Shown: positions 10,417 through 21,218, numbered from the stretch's first letter. The stretch is DNA of 64,000 nt from an uncultured Gemmatimonadaceae bacterium (GCA_963790305.1 CAWBOC010000005.1:576001-640000); one strand, 5' to 3'. The notes: generated by a model from the sequence alone, not told the origin. Made by a program: numbers and translations.

Positions 10417-11370
10417 ATGTCCCACACTCAAGTTGCGGCACTTGCCCTCATCCTCGCGAGCACGGCCATGGTCGCCGCGCCGTCGAGCGGCAGTGCACAG
10501 GGCGCAAAAGCCAACGACCGCCCCGCCGCCACAGCGAAGCCTACGCCCTCGAAGAAGGGCTACGTCCTCGCCAACGGCGTGAACTACTACTACGAAATCC
10601 ACGGCCGCGGCGAGCCGCTGCTGCTCCTGCATGGTGGACTCGGGTCAATCGACATGTTCGGGCCCGTTCTCCCAGCGTTCGCCAAGGAGAGGCAGGTTAT
10701 CGCTGTCGACCTCCACGGACATGGCCGCACCGCGCTCGGCGATCGCCCGATCAGCCTGATCGACATTGGCGACGACCTCGCCGTCGTACTGAAGCAGCTG
10801 GGATATGAGAAGGTCGACGTTCTTGGCTACTCGTTTGGCGCTGGCGCGGGGTTCCGGCTGGCGGTCCAGCACCCCTCGCTAGTGCGTCGCCTGGGGGTCG
10901 CGTCGGCGCCGTACGCGCAGGACGGCTTCCATCCCGAGATGCTTCCGCAGCAAGCGCAGGTAGGCGCGGCGATGGCGGACGCGATGAAGGAGACGCCAAT
11001 GTACATCTCGTACGCGGCGGTCGCGCCGAAGCCGCAGGATTTTCCCAGGCTGCTGGATCGCATGGGTGAGCTCATGCGTAAGCCGTATGACTGGTCCGAC
11101 GATGTGAAGAAGCTCCAGATGCCGGTAATGCTCATCTACGGCGATAGCGACATGATCCGTCCCGATCACATCGTGCGCTTCTATCAGCTTCTGGGCGGCG
11201 GGCTCCGCGATGCGGGGTGGATGCGCGAGCACATGTCGAAGAACCGTCTTGCGATCCTTCCCAACCTGACGCACTACGAGGTGTTCATGTCGCCCATGCT
11301 GGCGCCCACCGTTTTGCCATTTCTCAATGGGCAGAGCACTGGTCCGTCGTGGGCTGGGCAGGTGAAGTAG
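10417..11370 (+). CDS. secreted alpha/beta hydrolase
   Basis: LLLLHGG, GYSFG nucleophile elbow, signal peptide. Confidence 0.88.
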   Translation: MSHTQVAALALILASTAMVAAPSSGSAQGAKANDRPAATAKPTPSKKGYVLANGVNYYYEIHGRGEPLLLLHGGLGSIDMFGPVLPAFAKERQVIAVDLHGHGRTALGDRPISLIDIGDDLAVVLKQLGYEKVDVLGYSFGAGAGFRLAVQHPSLVRRLGVASAPYAQDGFHPEMLPQQAQVGAAMADAMKETPMYISYAAVAPKPQDFPRLLDRMGELMRKPYDWSDDVKKLQMPVMLIYGDSDMIRPDHIVRFYQLLGGGLRDAGWMREHMSKNRLAILPNLTHYEVFMSPMLAPTVLPFLNGQSTGPSWAGQVK

Positions 11371-11405
11371 AAGGTGTCGAGGTCTGGACACCCTCGACGA
11401 CCTAG

Positions 11406-11434
11406 TTGACGATGGCAGTCGCCTCCCATACCTT
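11406..11434 (+). promoter_or_regulatory. sigma70-type promoter of his leader
   Basis: TTGACG-17 nt-TACCTT, ending 6 nt before the leader ATG. Confidence 0.6.
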
Positions 11435-11440
11435 GGGAAC

Positions 11441-11521
11441 ATGACCACGACCATTCGCCATCATCGCGCGCACCACCTCCACGGCCCGACGGGTCGGGGC
11501 GACGCGCGCGCATGCGGATGA
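11441..11521 (+). CDS. hisL: his operon leader peptide MTTTIRHHRAHHLHGPTGRGDARACG
   Basis: 5 His codons within 8 codons, directly upstream of a terminator and hisG. Confidence 0.85.
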   Translation: MTTTIRHHRAHHLHGPTGRGDARACG

Positions 11522-11553
11522 CCGTGTAACGGCACCTGAGCGCACGTACGCTG

Positions 11554-11589
11554 CGGCCCGTCCCTCCTGGACGGGCCGTTTTTCTTTTT
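11554..11589 (+). terminator. his attenuator terminator
   Basis: CGGCCCGTCC-CTCCT-GGACGGGCCG followed by TTTTTCTTTTT. Confidence 0.88.
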
Positions 11590-11601
11590 CGGTCAACTCC
11601 C

Positions 11602-12498
11602 ATGCTCGAACGACGAACGACTTCGCGACTGCGCATCGCGCTCCCCAACAAGGGGCGTCTCACCGACGACGTGCGCACGCTCTTCTCTGACGCCGGCCTC
11701 GAGCTGCGCGCAGCCGGCGAGCGCGCGCTCGTCGCGTCGCTCGGCGGCGATTTCGAGGCGATCTTCGTTCGCGCGCAGGACATTCCGGAGTTCGTCGCCG
11801 ACGGGGCCGCGGACGTCGGCGTGACCGGGTGGGATCTCGTGCGCGAGTCGGAGCGCGACCTCGAGTCGGTGCTCGATCTCGAATGCGGTCGGTGCCGTCT
11901 CGTCGTCGCCGCGCGTGAGGAGAGCGGCATTACCTCACTCCAGGACATAGTCAGCGACGGAAACGGCGGGCCACGCGTCGCAACCGCGTTCCCGCGGATC
12001 ACCGAGCGCTACTTCGCCGACGCACGCCTGCCGATCACGATCGTGCCGGTGAGCGGGGCCGCCGAAATCGCCCCGCATCTGGGCATCGCCGACATCGTCA
12101 CCGATCTCGTCTCCACGGGCTCGACGCTTCGTGTCAATCAGCTCCGTGAGATCGCGACGATCCTCGAGTCCACCGCTCGCCTGATCACGGCACCTAACGG
12201 GCTGGAATCGCCACGTCGACGCTCGATCGAGGAGCTGGTGACCGCACTGGAATCGGTGCTGCGAGCGCGGGGCAAGCGGTACGTGATGGCGAACATGCCG
12301 CGGGCAGCACTCGATCAGGTACGGCGTGTCCTTCCGGGCCTCAACGGTCCAACGGTGATCGACATCCTGAATGGGGGCGATCTGGTCGCGGTCCACGCCG
12401 TCGTCGCCCAGGACGCGATCTACCGCACCATTGCCGACCTCAAGGCACTGGGCGGTGAAGGCATCCTGGTCACGCGCATCGAGCGGGTGATGCCGTGA
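11602..12498 (+). CDS. hisG: ATP phosphoribosyltransferase (long form)
   Basis: LRIALPNKGRL, VRAQDIPEFV, DLVSTGSTL, C-terminal regulatory domain. Confidence 0.96.
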   Translation: MLERRTTSRLRIALPNKGRLTDDVRTLFSDAGLELRAAGERALVASLGGDFEAIFVRAQDIPEFVADGAADVGVTGWDLVRESERDLESVLDLECGRCRLVVAAREESGITSLQDIVSDGNGGPRVATAFPRITERYFADARLPITIVPVSGAAEIAPHLGIADIVTDLVSTGSTLRVNQLREIATILESTARLITAPNGLESPRRRSIEELVTALESVLRARGKRYVMANMPRAALDQVRRVLPGLNGPTVIDILNGGDLVAVHAVVAQDAIYRTIADLKALGGEGILVTRIERVMP

Positions 12499-13832
12499 AG
12501 ACGCCGACCCGCAAACCGCTTTTCGCGTTGCGCGGCGCGATCGCGGATCTCGACGCCCGCGACGCCAGGGTTCTGCTCGACCGTGGATTCACCACTGACC
12601 CTCTGCTCCGTGACCGCGTCTCGGCGATCATCGCGCGCGTCTGGGAGGAGCGAGACGCCGCCCTGCGAGACCTGGCTCGCGAGCTCGACGGAGTGGACCT
12701 CGATGAGCTCGAGGTGCCGCGGGAGCGATGCACGCGCGCACTCACCACGCTCGATCCCGCGCTTCGCCGGGTGCTCCAGCGGGCGGCGGACAACATTACC
12801 CGGGTTCACCGTGCGATACCGGTCTCGCCGATGGAAGTAGAGCCGGAACCCGGCATCGTGATCGGCCGTCGTCCCGATCCGCTCGAGCGCATTGGCGTTT
12901 ATGCGCCGGGTGGCCGCGCGGCGTATCCAAGCTCGGTGCTCATGGGCGCGATTCCCGCCCGCGTCGCGGGCGTGCGCGAGATAACACTGTGCTCGCCGCC
13001 TCAGCGGAAAACCGGTCTTCCATCCGAGATCGTGCTCGCTGCTGCCGCGCTCGGGGGCGTGGACCGAGTGTTCGCCATCGGTGGAGCGGGCGCGATCGCC
13101 GCCATGGCCTACGGAACGGAAAGCGTCGCTCGCGTCGACCGCATTGTCGGCCCGGGCAATGCGTACGTCGCGGAGGCAAAGCTCCAGGTGAGAAACACCG
13201 TCGCCACCGACTCTCCCGCCGGACCGAGCGAGCTGCTGATCATCGCGGACGCCAGCGCGGAGCCGGAGCTGGTGGCGCGAGAGATGCTCGCGCAAGCGGA
13301 GCACGACACGGACGCGTGCGTCGTTTGCGTCATGGTCGGCGGTACCTCCCCCGACGTCATTGAGAGCATCGTCCGCATGCGGCTTGTCGATCAGCCGCGC
13401 GCAATGATCATCGCGTCGGCACTCGCCACTCGTGGCGCGCTTCTCACCGCCACGTCGGTGGACGAAGCGTTGGCCTTCGCCGAGCGGTATGCGCCGGAGC
13501 ATCTCCTTCTCGCTGTCCGTGATCCGCAGGCGCTCGTCCCACGCGTCCGCAATGCGGGCACCATTTTCGTCGGTACATCGTCGTCGGTGACGTTCGGCGA
13601 CTATATGACTGGCGCAAACCATGTGCTCCCCACGGGCGGCCTCGCCCGCTGCTATTCCGGACTTTCGACGCTCGACTTCGTGCGCTGGACGACCTATCAG
13701 CGCGTCACACCAGCGGCCGCGGCGCGACTCGCCGACGATGTGGCAAGCTTCGCGGAATCGGAGGGTCTGGCGGCGCATGCGGATGCTGCGCGCTCATGGT
13801 CTGCGCCGACGAGCGCCGAGGCGCTGCGATGA
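12495..13832 (+). CDS. hisD: histidinol dehydrogenase
   Basis: PGGRAAYPSS, GPGNAYV, AGPSE, AQAEH, GANHVLPT. Confidence 0.97.
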   Translation: MKTPTRKPLFALRGAIADLDARDARVLLDRGFTTDPLLRDRVSAIIARVWEERDAALRDLARELDGVDLDELEVPRERCTRALTTLDPALRRVLQRAADNITRVHRAIPVSPMEVEPEPGIVIGRRPDPLERIGVYAPGGRAAYPSSVLMGAIPARVAGVREITLCSPPQRKTGLPSEIVLAAAALGGVDRVFAIGGAGAIAAMAYGTESVARVDRIVGPGNAYVAEAKLQVRNTVATDSPAGPSELLIIADASAEPELVAREMLAQAEHDTDACVVCVMVGGTSPDVIESIVRMRLVDQPRAMIIASALATRGALLTATSVDEALAFAERYAPEHLLLAVRDPQALVPRVRNAGTIFVGTSSSVTFGDYMTGANHVLPTGGLARCYSGLSTLDFVRWTTYQRVTPAAAARLADDVASFAESEGLAAHADAARSWSAPTSAEALR

Positions 13833-14884
13833 CGACCTCGCTCGAGCTCGCGCGTGCAGCATATCGCGAGGTTTCCCTCTACACGGTCGATTCCACGCCG
13901 TGTGCGGTGGATCTGAGCGACAACACCAACCTGTGGGGCGCGCCCCCCGCGGCGCGGAGGGCACTGAGCGAGCTCGCTGACGGAGGCTTCACGCGCTATC
14001 CCTCGGCGTATGCGTCGGAGCTGAAAGATGCGCTTGCCGCATACGTCGGCGTGGATGCGTCTCGCATCGCCACCGGGTGCGGCTCCGACGACATCCTCGA
14101 TTCGGCAATTCGGGCATTCGCCGAGCCGGGCGCCCGAATCGCCTTTTGCGCGCCGACGTTCGCGATGATCCCGATCTTCGCGCGCCTGAATGGAGTGGAG
14201 CCGGTCGCCGTGCCGATGACGCCAGCCTGGGATATCGATCCCGATGGCTTGCTGAACAGCGACGCGCGTGTCGTCTACATCTGCTCGCCGAACAACCCGA
14301 CCGGAACGACCGCCTCACGAAACGCGATCGAACAGATCATCGCCGCCGCTCCGGGCTTCGTGATACTCGACGAGGCCTATGCTGAGTTTGCTGGCAGCAG
14401 TTGTGTCGATCTCGCGACGAAGTACGATCGCGTCCTCATCGTCCGCACGATGTCCAAGGCCTTCGGCCTCGCGGGGCTGCGCGTGGGATATGCCGTCGGC
14501 GCCCCAGCGCTGGTCGCCGAGGTCGAGAAGTCGCGCGGGCCGTACAAGGTGAGCACGGTGGCCGAGCGCGCGGCGGTCGCGTCACTCACGCACGATCGGG
14601 GATGGGTCGCCGAACGCGTCGAAGACGCGCACAGGAGCCGGAATCGGCTGACGGAGTCGCTGCGTGCGCTCGGTCTCGCGCCGCTGCCGTCGGAGGCGAA
14701 CTTCGTGCTGGCTCCCGTCGCGGGAGCGTTGGGCGTCGCACAGCGAATGCGCGAGCGCGGCGTCGCCGTCAGAGCCTTCGAGAGGCTGCCGCTGGTGGGC
14801 GATGCCCTGCGGATCACCGCCGGTCCGGCGCCGATGATGGACGAGGCGCTCGCGGTGCTCGAGGAGGCGCTCCGATGCGGGTGA
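13829..14884 (+). CDS. hisC: histidinol-phosphate aminotransferase
   Basis: CSPNNPTG, DEAYAEF, RTMSKAFGLAGLRVGY. Confidence 0.96.
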   Translation: MTTSLELARAAYREVSLYTVDSTPCAVDLSDNTNLWGAPPAARRALSELADGGFTRYPSAYASELKDALAAYVGVDASRIATGCGSDDILDSAIRAFAEPGARIAFCAPTFAMIPIFARLNGVEPVAVPMTPAWDIDPDGLLNSDARVVYICSPNNPTGTTASRNAIEQIIAAAPGFVILDEAYAEFAGSSCVDLATKYDRVLIVRTMSKAFGLAGLRVGYAVGAPALVAEVEKSRGPYKVSTVAERAAVASLTHDRGWVAERVEDAHRSRNRLTESLRALGLAPLPSEANFVLAPVAGALGVAQRMRERGVAVRAFERLPLVGDALRITAGPAPMMDEALAVLEEALRCG

Positions 14885-15471
14885 CCATTCTGGACTATGG
14901 GGCCGGGAACCTGCACTCTCTCGCGAAGGCACTCGACGATGGCGCGTGGACGGTACGAGTCGACGCTGATCCGATCGCGGCGCTGGACACGGATGTCCTG
15001 GTTCTTCCGGGCGTCGGCGCCTTTGGACACGCCGCCTCACGATTGGCGCCGGCGCGTGCGGCGATTCGCGATGCGATTCACGGAGGGCTTCCTTGCGTGG
15101 GAATCTGTCTCGGCATGCAGCTGCTGTTCACTGAAAGCGACGAGGGCGACGGCGCCGGTCTCGACGTGATCGGCGGGCGCGTCACGCGTGTCCGCGCACG
15201 CCGTGTCCCCCATATCGGCTGGACCACGATCGCGGAGACGAACGACTGGGCGTTCGAGCGTGCCCCGCTCGACGTCGCCTACTACGCGAACGGATTCGCA
15301 TGCAGGCCGACGCGTCCTGATGTCATCCGCGCGTGGAGTGTGCACGAGCGTGACCGATTCCCAGCGATGGTTCGTAACGGGAGCGCCGTGGGGGTGCAGT
15401 TTCATCCAGAAAAGAGCTCGCGCGCCGGCGTGGCGTTTCTCCGAGCCCTGGTTCGGGAGGCCGAAAGTTGA
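14875..15471 (+). CDS. hisH: imidazole glycerol phosphate synthase glutaminase subunit
   Basis: DYGAGNL, LPGVGAF, GICLGMQ, QFHPEKS. Confidence 0.96.
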   Translation: MRVTILDYGAGNLHSLAKALDDGAWTVRVDADPIAALDTDVLVLPGVGAFGHAASRLAPARAAIRDAIHGGLPCVGICLGMQLLFTESDEGDGAGLDVIGGRVTRVRARRVPHIGWTTIAETNDWAFERAPLDVAYYANGFACRPTRPDVIRAWSVHERDRFPAMVRNGSAVGVQFHPEKSSRAGVAFLRALVREAES

Positions 15472-16193
15472 TCGCCATTCCCGCGGTGGATCTGCGTGGC
15501 GGCGCCTGCGTCCAGCTCGTCGGCGGCTCATACGACCACGAGCGGCTGCGCTTCGATGATCCGCTCGGTGTCGCGCGCGGCTGGGCGCGAATCGGATTCA
15601 CTCGCCTCCACCTCGTCGATCTCGACGCGGCCACCGGGCGAGGATCGAACGAGGATCTGGTCGCCGAGCTGCTGCGCGATCGTGAGGCGAGTGTTCAGGT
15701 TGGCGGCGGGGTCCGGAGTGGCGATGACATCGAGCGCCTGCTGACGCAGGGTGCGGATCGCGTCGTCGTTGGGACGCGCGCGATCGAGGAGCCCGGCTGG
15801 ATCGATGCAATGTCGTCGCTGTTCCCGGGCGAGCTCGTCGTCGCCGCCGATGTTCGCGATCGCCGTGTCGTGACGCGCGGCTGGGAGAAGACGCTCGCCC
15901 GCAACGTGATCGACGTCGTCGAAGAGTTGAACGCGCTCCCGCTCGCCGCCATCATGGTGACGGCCGTGCATCGCGAGGGACAGCTCGCGGGAACCGACCT
16001 GTTCCTCATGGAAGATGTGGCGGAGGCGAGCGACCATCCCGTATACGCGTCTGGCGGCATCACGACCTACGCAGACCTGCGCGCGCTGGAGGATCGCGGG
16101 CTCGCCGGCGCCATCGTCGGCATGGCGCTCTACACCGGCGTGCTCGACGCGCGGCTCATCGCCGAGGAATTCGCGGAGGAGTTCGTGGAATGA
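15468..16193 (+). CDS. hisA: ProFAR isomerase
   Basis: IPAVDLRGGACVQL, HLVDLDAA, QVGGGVRS. Confidence 0.95.
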   Translation: MIAIPAVDLRGGACVQLVGGSYDHERLRFDDPLGVARGWARIGFTRLHLVDLDAATGRGSNEDLVAELLRDREASVQVGGGVRSGDDIERLLTQGADRVVVGTRAIEEPGWIDAMSSLFPGELVVAADVRDRRVVTRGWEKTLARNVIDVVEELNALPLAAIMVTAVHREGQLAGTDLFLMEDVAEASDHPVYASGGITTYADLRALEDRGLAGAIVGMALYTGVLDARLIAEEFAEEFVE

Positions 16194-16744
16194 CTGTGAT
16201 CACGAGAGAGACGCGTGAGACCCGTGTGCGCGTCGAGATCAAGCCGGGGCCGGGTGAGGGGACGATCGACACGGGCGTCCGCTTTCTCGATCACATGCTC
16301 GCGACGCTCGCGCGCTACGGCGGGCTGGAGCTGTCGGTCAGCGCGCGGGGCGATCTTCCCCATCATGTCATCGAGGACACCGCCATCGCCTTCGGTGCGG
16401 CGCTGGCGCAGTTCCACCCTCAGCGCATCGCGCGGTACGGTGACCGAACGATTCCCATGGACGACGCGCTCGTGCACGCATGTATCGACATCGGTGGCCG
16501 GCCGTTCTATCGCGGCCCGCTGCCGAGCACGCTCTACGATCACTGGATGCGTTCCTTCGCCGATCACGCGCGCGCGACGGTGCATGTGCGCGTATTGCGC
16601 GGACGCGACCGCCACCACGTGATCGAGGCCGCGTTCAAGGCGCTCGGCCTCGCGTTGCGCGATGCGCTGGTAGTGACGGAGGCTGGCATGAGCACAAAGG
16701 GGGATGTCTCATGGGGAGACCTCGCGCGGACCCGGGAGGCGTAA
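16190..16744 (+). CDS. hisB: imidazoleglycerol-phosphate dehydratase (monofunctional)
   Basis: RETRET, FLDHML, HHVIED, PMDDAL, HHVIEAAFKA. Confidence 0.95.
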   Translation: MTVITRETRETRVRVEIKPGPGEGTIDTGVRFLDHMLATLARYGGLELSVSARGDLPHHVIEDTAIAFGAALAQFHPQRIARYGDRTIPMDDALVHACIDIGGRPFYRGPLPSTLYDHWMRSFADHARATVHVRVLRGRDRHHVIEAAFKALGLALRDALVVTEAGMSTKGDVSWGDLARTREA

Positions 16745-17505
16745 TGCTCACCCGACTCGTTGTCTGCCTCGACATGCGCGATGGACGCGTCGTGAAGGGC
16801 GTTCGGTTCGAAGGATTGCGCGACGTTGGCGACCCGGTGGAATTGGCCGCGCGGTACGAGACCGAGGGGGCGGACGAAGTCGTCTTTCTCGACATCTCGG
16901 CCAGCGTCGAGGGCCGAGCGACGCTGCTCGCAACCGTGCGCCGCGCTGCCGATGTGCTCTTCGTACCGCTGACGGTGGGTGGAGGCGTGCGTAGCGTCGA
17001 GGATGTCGCGAACGCGCTTCGCGCCGGCGCGGACAAGGTGAGCATCAATACCGCGGCGATCGCGCGCCCCGCCGTGATGACGGAGTGTGCGGAACGCTTC
17101 GGCTCCCAGTGCGTCGTCGCGAGCATCGATGCGCGACGCGACGGCGACGACCGATGGCTCGTGTGGACCCATGGTGGCAGCAGACGCACTGAGATCGACG
17201 CCGTTGCGTGGGCGCGCGAATGCGTTGCTCGCGGGGCGGGGGAGATCCTTCTCACGAGCATCGATCGAGACGGCGCGCGACAGGGGTACGATCTCGAGCT
17301 GACGCGCGCCGTGTCTGACGCCGTGTCCGTGCCGGTCATCGCGTCGGGTGGCGCGGGGTGCGCGGCCCACGTGCGTGACGCGATCGTCGAAGGCGGTGCC
17401 GACGCCGTGCTGGTCGCGGGGATTCTCCACGACGGTCTCACGACCGTGCGCGAGCTCAAGGACGTGCTTGCACGGGCCAACATTCCCGTTCGGGCGGTCG
17501 CGTGA
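16744..17505 (+). CDS. hisF: imidazole glycerol phosphate synthase cyclase subunit
   Basis: CLDMRDGRVVKG, GADEVVFLDISAS, LTSIDRDG, ASGGAG. Confidence 0.97.
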   Translation: MLTRLVVCLDMRDGRVVKGVRFEGLRDVGDPVELAARYETEGADEVVFLDISASVEGRATLLATVRRAADVLFVPLTVGGGVRSVEDVANALRAGADKVSINTAAIARPAVMTECAERFGSQCVVASIDARRDGDDRWLVWTHGGSRRTEIDAVAWARECVARGAGEILLTSIDRDGARQGYDLELTRAVSDAVSVPVIASGGAGCAAHVRDAIVEGGADAVLVAGILHDGLTTVRELKDVLARANIPVRAVA

Positions 17506-18281
17506 CGGCCGCGACGACACAGCGCGCACTGCTCGACGCGGTGCATGAGGCGGCGCGAGTGGCCGGGGACGTGGCGATGCGTCACTACCAGACATCGCTC
17601 GCGGTCGAGTCGAAATCTGACGGCTCGCCGGTCACGATCGCCGATCGCGAGGCGGAGTCCGCGGTGCGCGAGTGGATCACGCGGCGATTCCCGGATGACG
17701 GCATCGAAGGCGAAGAGCTCGGCGTCTTGCGTCCCGACGCGCGGCGTCGCTGGCTCGTCGATCCCATCGACGGCACGAAGACGTTCGTGCGCGGTGTACC
17801 GCTCTGGGGAACGCTGGTCGCGATCGTCGAAGGCACCGACGTGCTCGCCGGCGCGGCGTTCTTCCCCGCGGTCGATGAGATGGTCGTCGCCGCGCGCGGG
17901 GAAGGCATGTGGTGGAACGATGTGCGCTGTTGCGTATCGCGCGTCGATCGCCTCGATCGTGCCACGGTGCTCACCACCGATGAGCGGTTCCCGCACAGTG
18001 CCGACAAGCGCGCCGCGTGGTGGCGCCTGAGCGAGCGCGCGATGGTGAGCCGGTCGTGGGGCGACTGCTACGGCTATCTCCTGGTCGCGACCGGACGCGC
18101 CGAGGTGATGGTCGACGGCGCGATGTCGGCGTGGGATGCGGCCGCGCTGGAGCCGATCATCGAGGAAGCAGGCGGCGTCTTCACCGATTGGACGGGCGCA
18201 CGTACGGCGTTCGGCGGTAACGCGATCGCCACCAACGGGGCGCTCGCGGTCGAGACGCGATCGCTCCTGCTCCGTTCATGA
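17502..18281 (+). CDS. hisN: histidinol-phosphate phosphatase, inositol monophosphatase family
   Basis: [25 protein letters not shown]; inside the his operon. Confidence 0.88.
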   Translation: MTAATTQRALLDAVHEAARVAGDVAMRHYQTSLAVESKSDGSPVTIADREAESAVREWITRRFPDDGIEGEELGVLRPDARRRWLVDPIDGTKTFVRGVPLWGTLVAIVEGTDVLAGAAFFPAVDEMVVAARGEGMWWNDVRCCVSRVDRLDRATVLTTDERFPHSADKRAAWWRLSERAMVSRSWGDCYGYLLVATGRAEVMVDGAMSAWDAAALEPIIEEAGGVFTDWTGARTAFGGNAIATNGALAVETRSLLLRS

Positions 18282-18898
18282 TGCTGACGCTTCCCACGCT
18301 CGACTTCTCCAGGAGCGACGGCGTCGTCACGGTCGTGACGCAGGACGCGCGCACCGGTGCGGTGCTGATGGTGGCCCAGGCCGACCGCGAGGCGCTCGAA
18401 CGCACGGTCGCAACCGGTGAAATGCACTATCGCTCGCGCACGCGCGGGCTGTGGCACAAGGGAGCGACGAGCGGGAATGTCCAGCGCGTCGTCTCGCTCA
18501 CGGCCGACTGCGACGGTGACGCACTGCTCGCGCGCGTGATTCCGGCTGGGCCCGCGTGTCACACCGGCGCGGGGACGTGCTTCGGTGTCGACGATGCCCG
18601 GCCCACATCCAGCATTGTGGTGCTCGAGCGTCTCGACCGCACGATCGCATCTCGAGCGGACACGACGGGCACCGACGGAGAGAGCTACACGCGACGGCTC
18701 CTTGCCGACCGCAACCTGCGGCTCAAGAAGCTCGGGGAAGAGTGCGCGGAGCTCCTGACGGCGTGCGCCGACGGGAACCGCGAGCGCGCCGTCGAAGAGG
18801 GGGCCGATCTCGTGTACCACGCGCTCGTCGCGCTGCGCGCCGTGAACGCCTCGCTCGAGGACGTGTGTACCGAGTTGGCGCGCCGAGAAATGGCGTAG
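18278..18898 (+). CDS. hisIE: bifunctional PR-AMP cyclohydrolase / PR-ATP pyrophosphatase
   Basis: [32 protein letters not shown]. Confidence 0.95.
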   Translation: MMLTLPTLDFSRSDGVVTVVTQDARTGAVLMVAQADREALERTVATGEMHYRSRTRGLWHKGATSGNVQRVVSLTADCDGDALLARVIPAGPACHTGAGTCFGVDDARPTSSIVVLERLDRTIASRADTTGTDGESYTRRLLADRNLRLKKLGEECAELLTACADGNRERAVEEGADLVYHALVALRAVNASLEDVCTELARREMA

Positions 18899-18954
18899 AG
18901 GCCATCGGCGAGCAGGCTCGGAACTCTTCCACACTGCTCAGCGTACGCCATCAC

Positions 18955-20190
18955 ATGCAGTCCACTCGCAAGCCTGGAGCGCGCATTCGTGCGCCCGGCA
19001 GCCCGCCCAAGCCACGGCGTCCGCTGTCGCGCGGGGGCTCTTTTTTCGGCCGCCTCCTCGCCATCCTGGTTACCTGCTGGTTGGTGGTCGGCGCCATGGT
19101 CGCTCCCGTGATTCCGGGAGGATGGCCTGCCATGGGCGTGGCGATGCTCGTGCTCACCGGGTTGCCGCTCGCGGCATTCATCGGGCGCCAGCGGCGACGA
19201 GAGACGCCGGGGGCGTTCGTCAGACTCTTCGTCTACCGGCCCTTCTGGTACGCACAGCTCCTGGTGCTGTTCGCGGGAGCCGCCGGCATCGCGGGGCTTC
19301 TGCTCGGTGCGCCGTTCGGCGCCGCGCTGACCCTCGGGCGGTGGATGATCGCCGCGGCATCCGCCCTCTTCGCGTTAGGCGCGATCGCGGGATGGGTCGG
19401 CTCGCGGTGGCTGCACCTCCGCCAGCTCACCGCCACCTTCCCCGACCTGCCGCCCTCGCTCGAAGGGCTGCGCATCGTCCAGCTGTCCGACCTCCACATC
19501 GGCCCGCAGACGTCGCGCCGCTTCCTCCACCGGGTGCGCTCAATGGTGGCGGCCGCGGGCGGAGACCTCATCGCGGTGACCGGCGACCTCGTCGACGACC
19601 ACGCGCCCGACAGCGCCCACTACGCCGCGGCGTTAGGCGAGCTCACCGCCCCGCTCGGCGTCTACGTCGTTCCCGGCAATCACGACGTCTACGCCAACTG
19701 GCCGGCCGTACGCGCTGAGCTGGAGCGGTTGCCGGTGACGATCCTGGTCAACGAGTCACGGGTGGTTGCGCGCGGCGAGGGACGGTTCGCCATTGCCGGA
19801 ACGGGAGATCCGGCCGGTCGCTGGGTGGCGACGTCGCATGCGGCACCCGACATCGACGCCGCGCTTGGCGACGTTCCGCCGGGCACCTTCACCATCGCGC
19901 TGGCCCATAACCCGTCGCTCTGGTCTGCGCTCGCCGACCGCGGCGTCGATCTCACCCTGAGCGGCCACACCCATTGGGGTCAGCTCGCGTTCCCGAAGTT
20001 CAAGTGGAGCCTGGCCGGACTCTTCCTCGATCACGCCATGGGGGTGGTTACGCGCGACGCTTCGCTGTTGTACATCCACCCGGGCACGGGGTTCTGGGGA
20101 ATTCCGTTCCGGATTGGCGCGCGTCCCGAAGTCACCATCATCGAGCTGAGACGCGGCGCTCGCGTGGGACTTGGATCCGTCACTGGATGA
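18955..20190 (+). CDS. membrane-anchored metallophosphoesterase
   Basis: N-terminal TM helices; SDLH, TGDLVD, GNHD, SGHTHWG. Confidence 0.9.
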   Translation: MQSTRKPGARIRAPGSPPKPRRPLSRGGSFFGRLLAILVTCWLVVGAMVAPVIPGGWPAMGVAMLVLTGLPLAAFIGRQRRRETPGAFVRLFVYRPFWYAQLLVLFAGAAGIAGLLLGAPFGAALTLGRWMIAAASALFALGAIAGWVGSRWLHLRQLTATFPDLPPSLEGLRIVQLSDLHIGPQTSRRFLHRVRSMVAAAGGDLIAVTGDLVDDHAPDSAHYAAALGELTAPLGVYVVPGNHDVYANWPAVRAELERLPVTILVNESRVVARGEGRFAIAGTGDPAGRWVATSHAAPDIDAALGDVPPGTFTIALAHNPSLWSALADRGVDLTLSGHTHWGQLAFPKFKWSLAGLFLDHAMGVVTRDASLLYIHPGTGFWGIPFRIGARPEVTIIELRRGARVGLGSVTG

Positions 20191-21218
20191 CGACAGCCGG
20201 CACCACTCGCTACGATCGAATGACGTACCGCCGGTGCGGCCGCAGCGGGCTCAAGCTCCCCGCGGTCTCGCTCGGGCTGTGGCATAACTTCGGAAGCGTC
20301 GACCCGCCAGACGAGGCGCGCGCCATGGTGCGGCGAGCCTTCGACCTCGGCATCACGCACTTCGATCTCGCGAACAACTACGGCCCGGAGCCGGGCACGG
20401 CCGAGGAGACGTTCGGGCGGATCCTGCGGCGTGACCTCGCGAGTCATCGCGACGAGATGATCATCTCGACCAAAGCCGGATGGCGAATGTGGCCGGGCCC
20501 CTATGGGGATCACGGCTCGCGAAAGTATCTCCTCGCCAGCCTCGATCAGAGTCTCGAGCGGATGCAGCTCGAGTACGTCGATATCTTCTACCATCACCGG
20601 CCGGATCCGGAAACGCCGGTGGAGGAGAGCATGCTCGCGCTCGACCAGGCGGTGCGCCTGGGCAAGGCGATCTACGCTGGAATCTCGGCGTACGATCCGG
20701 AGCAGACTCGCGAGGCGCTCAAGATTCTGCGCGAGCTCCGCACACCGTGCATCATCCACCAGCCGCGGTACAGCATGCTCGACCGCCGCATCGAGGATGG
20801 GCTGCTCGACGTGCTCGCCGAGGAGGGACTCGGCTGCATCGTCTTCTCGCCGCTGGCGCAGGGGCTGCTGACGAACCGGTATCTGCGCGACATTCCCGCC
20901 GGCTCGCGCGCGAGCAAGGAGCACGGCGCATTGCGGCCCGATGAGATCACGGAGGAACGTCGAGCGCAGCTCGTCCGCCTGAACCAGATTGCGGCCCGCC
21001 GCGGCCAGAGCCTTGCTCAGCTCGCGATCGCGTGGGTTCTCCGGCATGACACGGTGACATCGGCGCTCATCGGCGCGAGCCGCGTGGCGCAGATCGATGA
21101 TGGAGTCGCCGCCCTCGACAATCTCGATCTGTCGAAAGCGGAGTTGCGCGAGATCGAGGACGCGCTCGCTCCAGCGCAGCAGTCGCGAGCGAGCCAGAAA
21201 ACGAGCACACGGGTCTGA
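20187..21218 (+). CDS. aldo/keto reductase (YghZ/MgrA-like)
   Basis: SLGLWHNFG, HFDLANNYGP, ISTKAG, FSPLAQGLLT. Confidence 0.92.
   Translation: MTTAGTTRYDRMTYRRCGRSGLKLPAVSLGLWHNFGSVDPPDEARAMVRRAFDLGITHFDLANNYGPEPGTAEETFGRILRRDLASHRDEMIISTKAGWRMWPGPYGDHGSRKYLLASLDQSLERMQLEYVDIFYHHRPDPETPVEESMLALDQAVRLGKAIYAGISAYDPEQTREALKILRELRTPCIIHQPRYSMLDRRIEDGLLDVLAEEGLGCIVFSPLAQGLLTNRYLRDIPAGSRASKEHGALRPDEITEERRAQLVRLNQIAARRGQSLAQLAIAWVLRHDTVTSALIGASRVAQIDDGVAALDNLDLSKAELREIEDALAPAQQSRASQKTSTRV

Noticed and set aside
11602..18898. his operon missing the HisB phosphatase domain
   Set aside because: The function is covered by the in-operon IMPase-family HisN, a known arrangement
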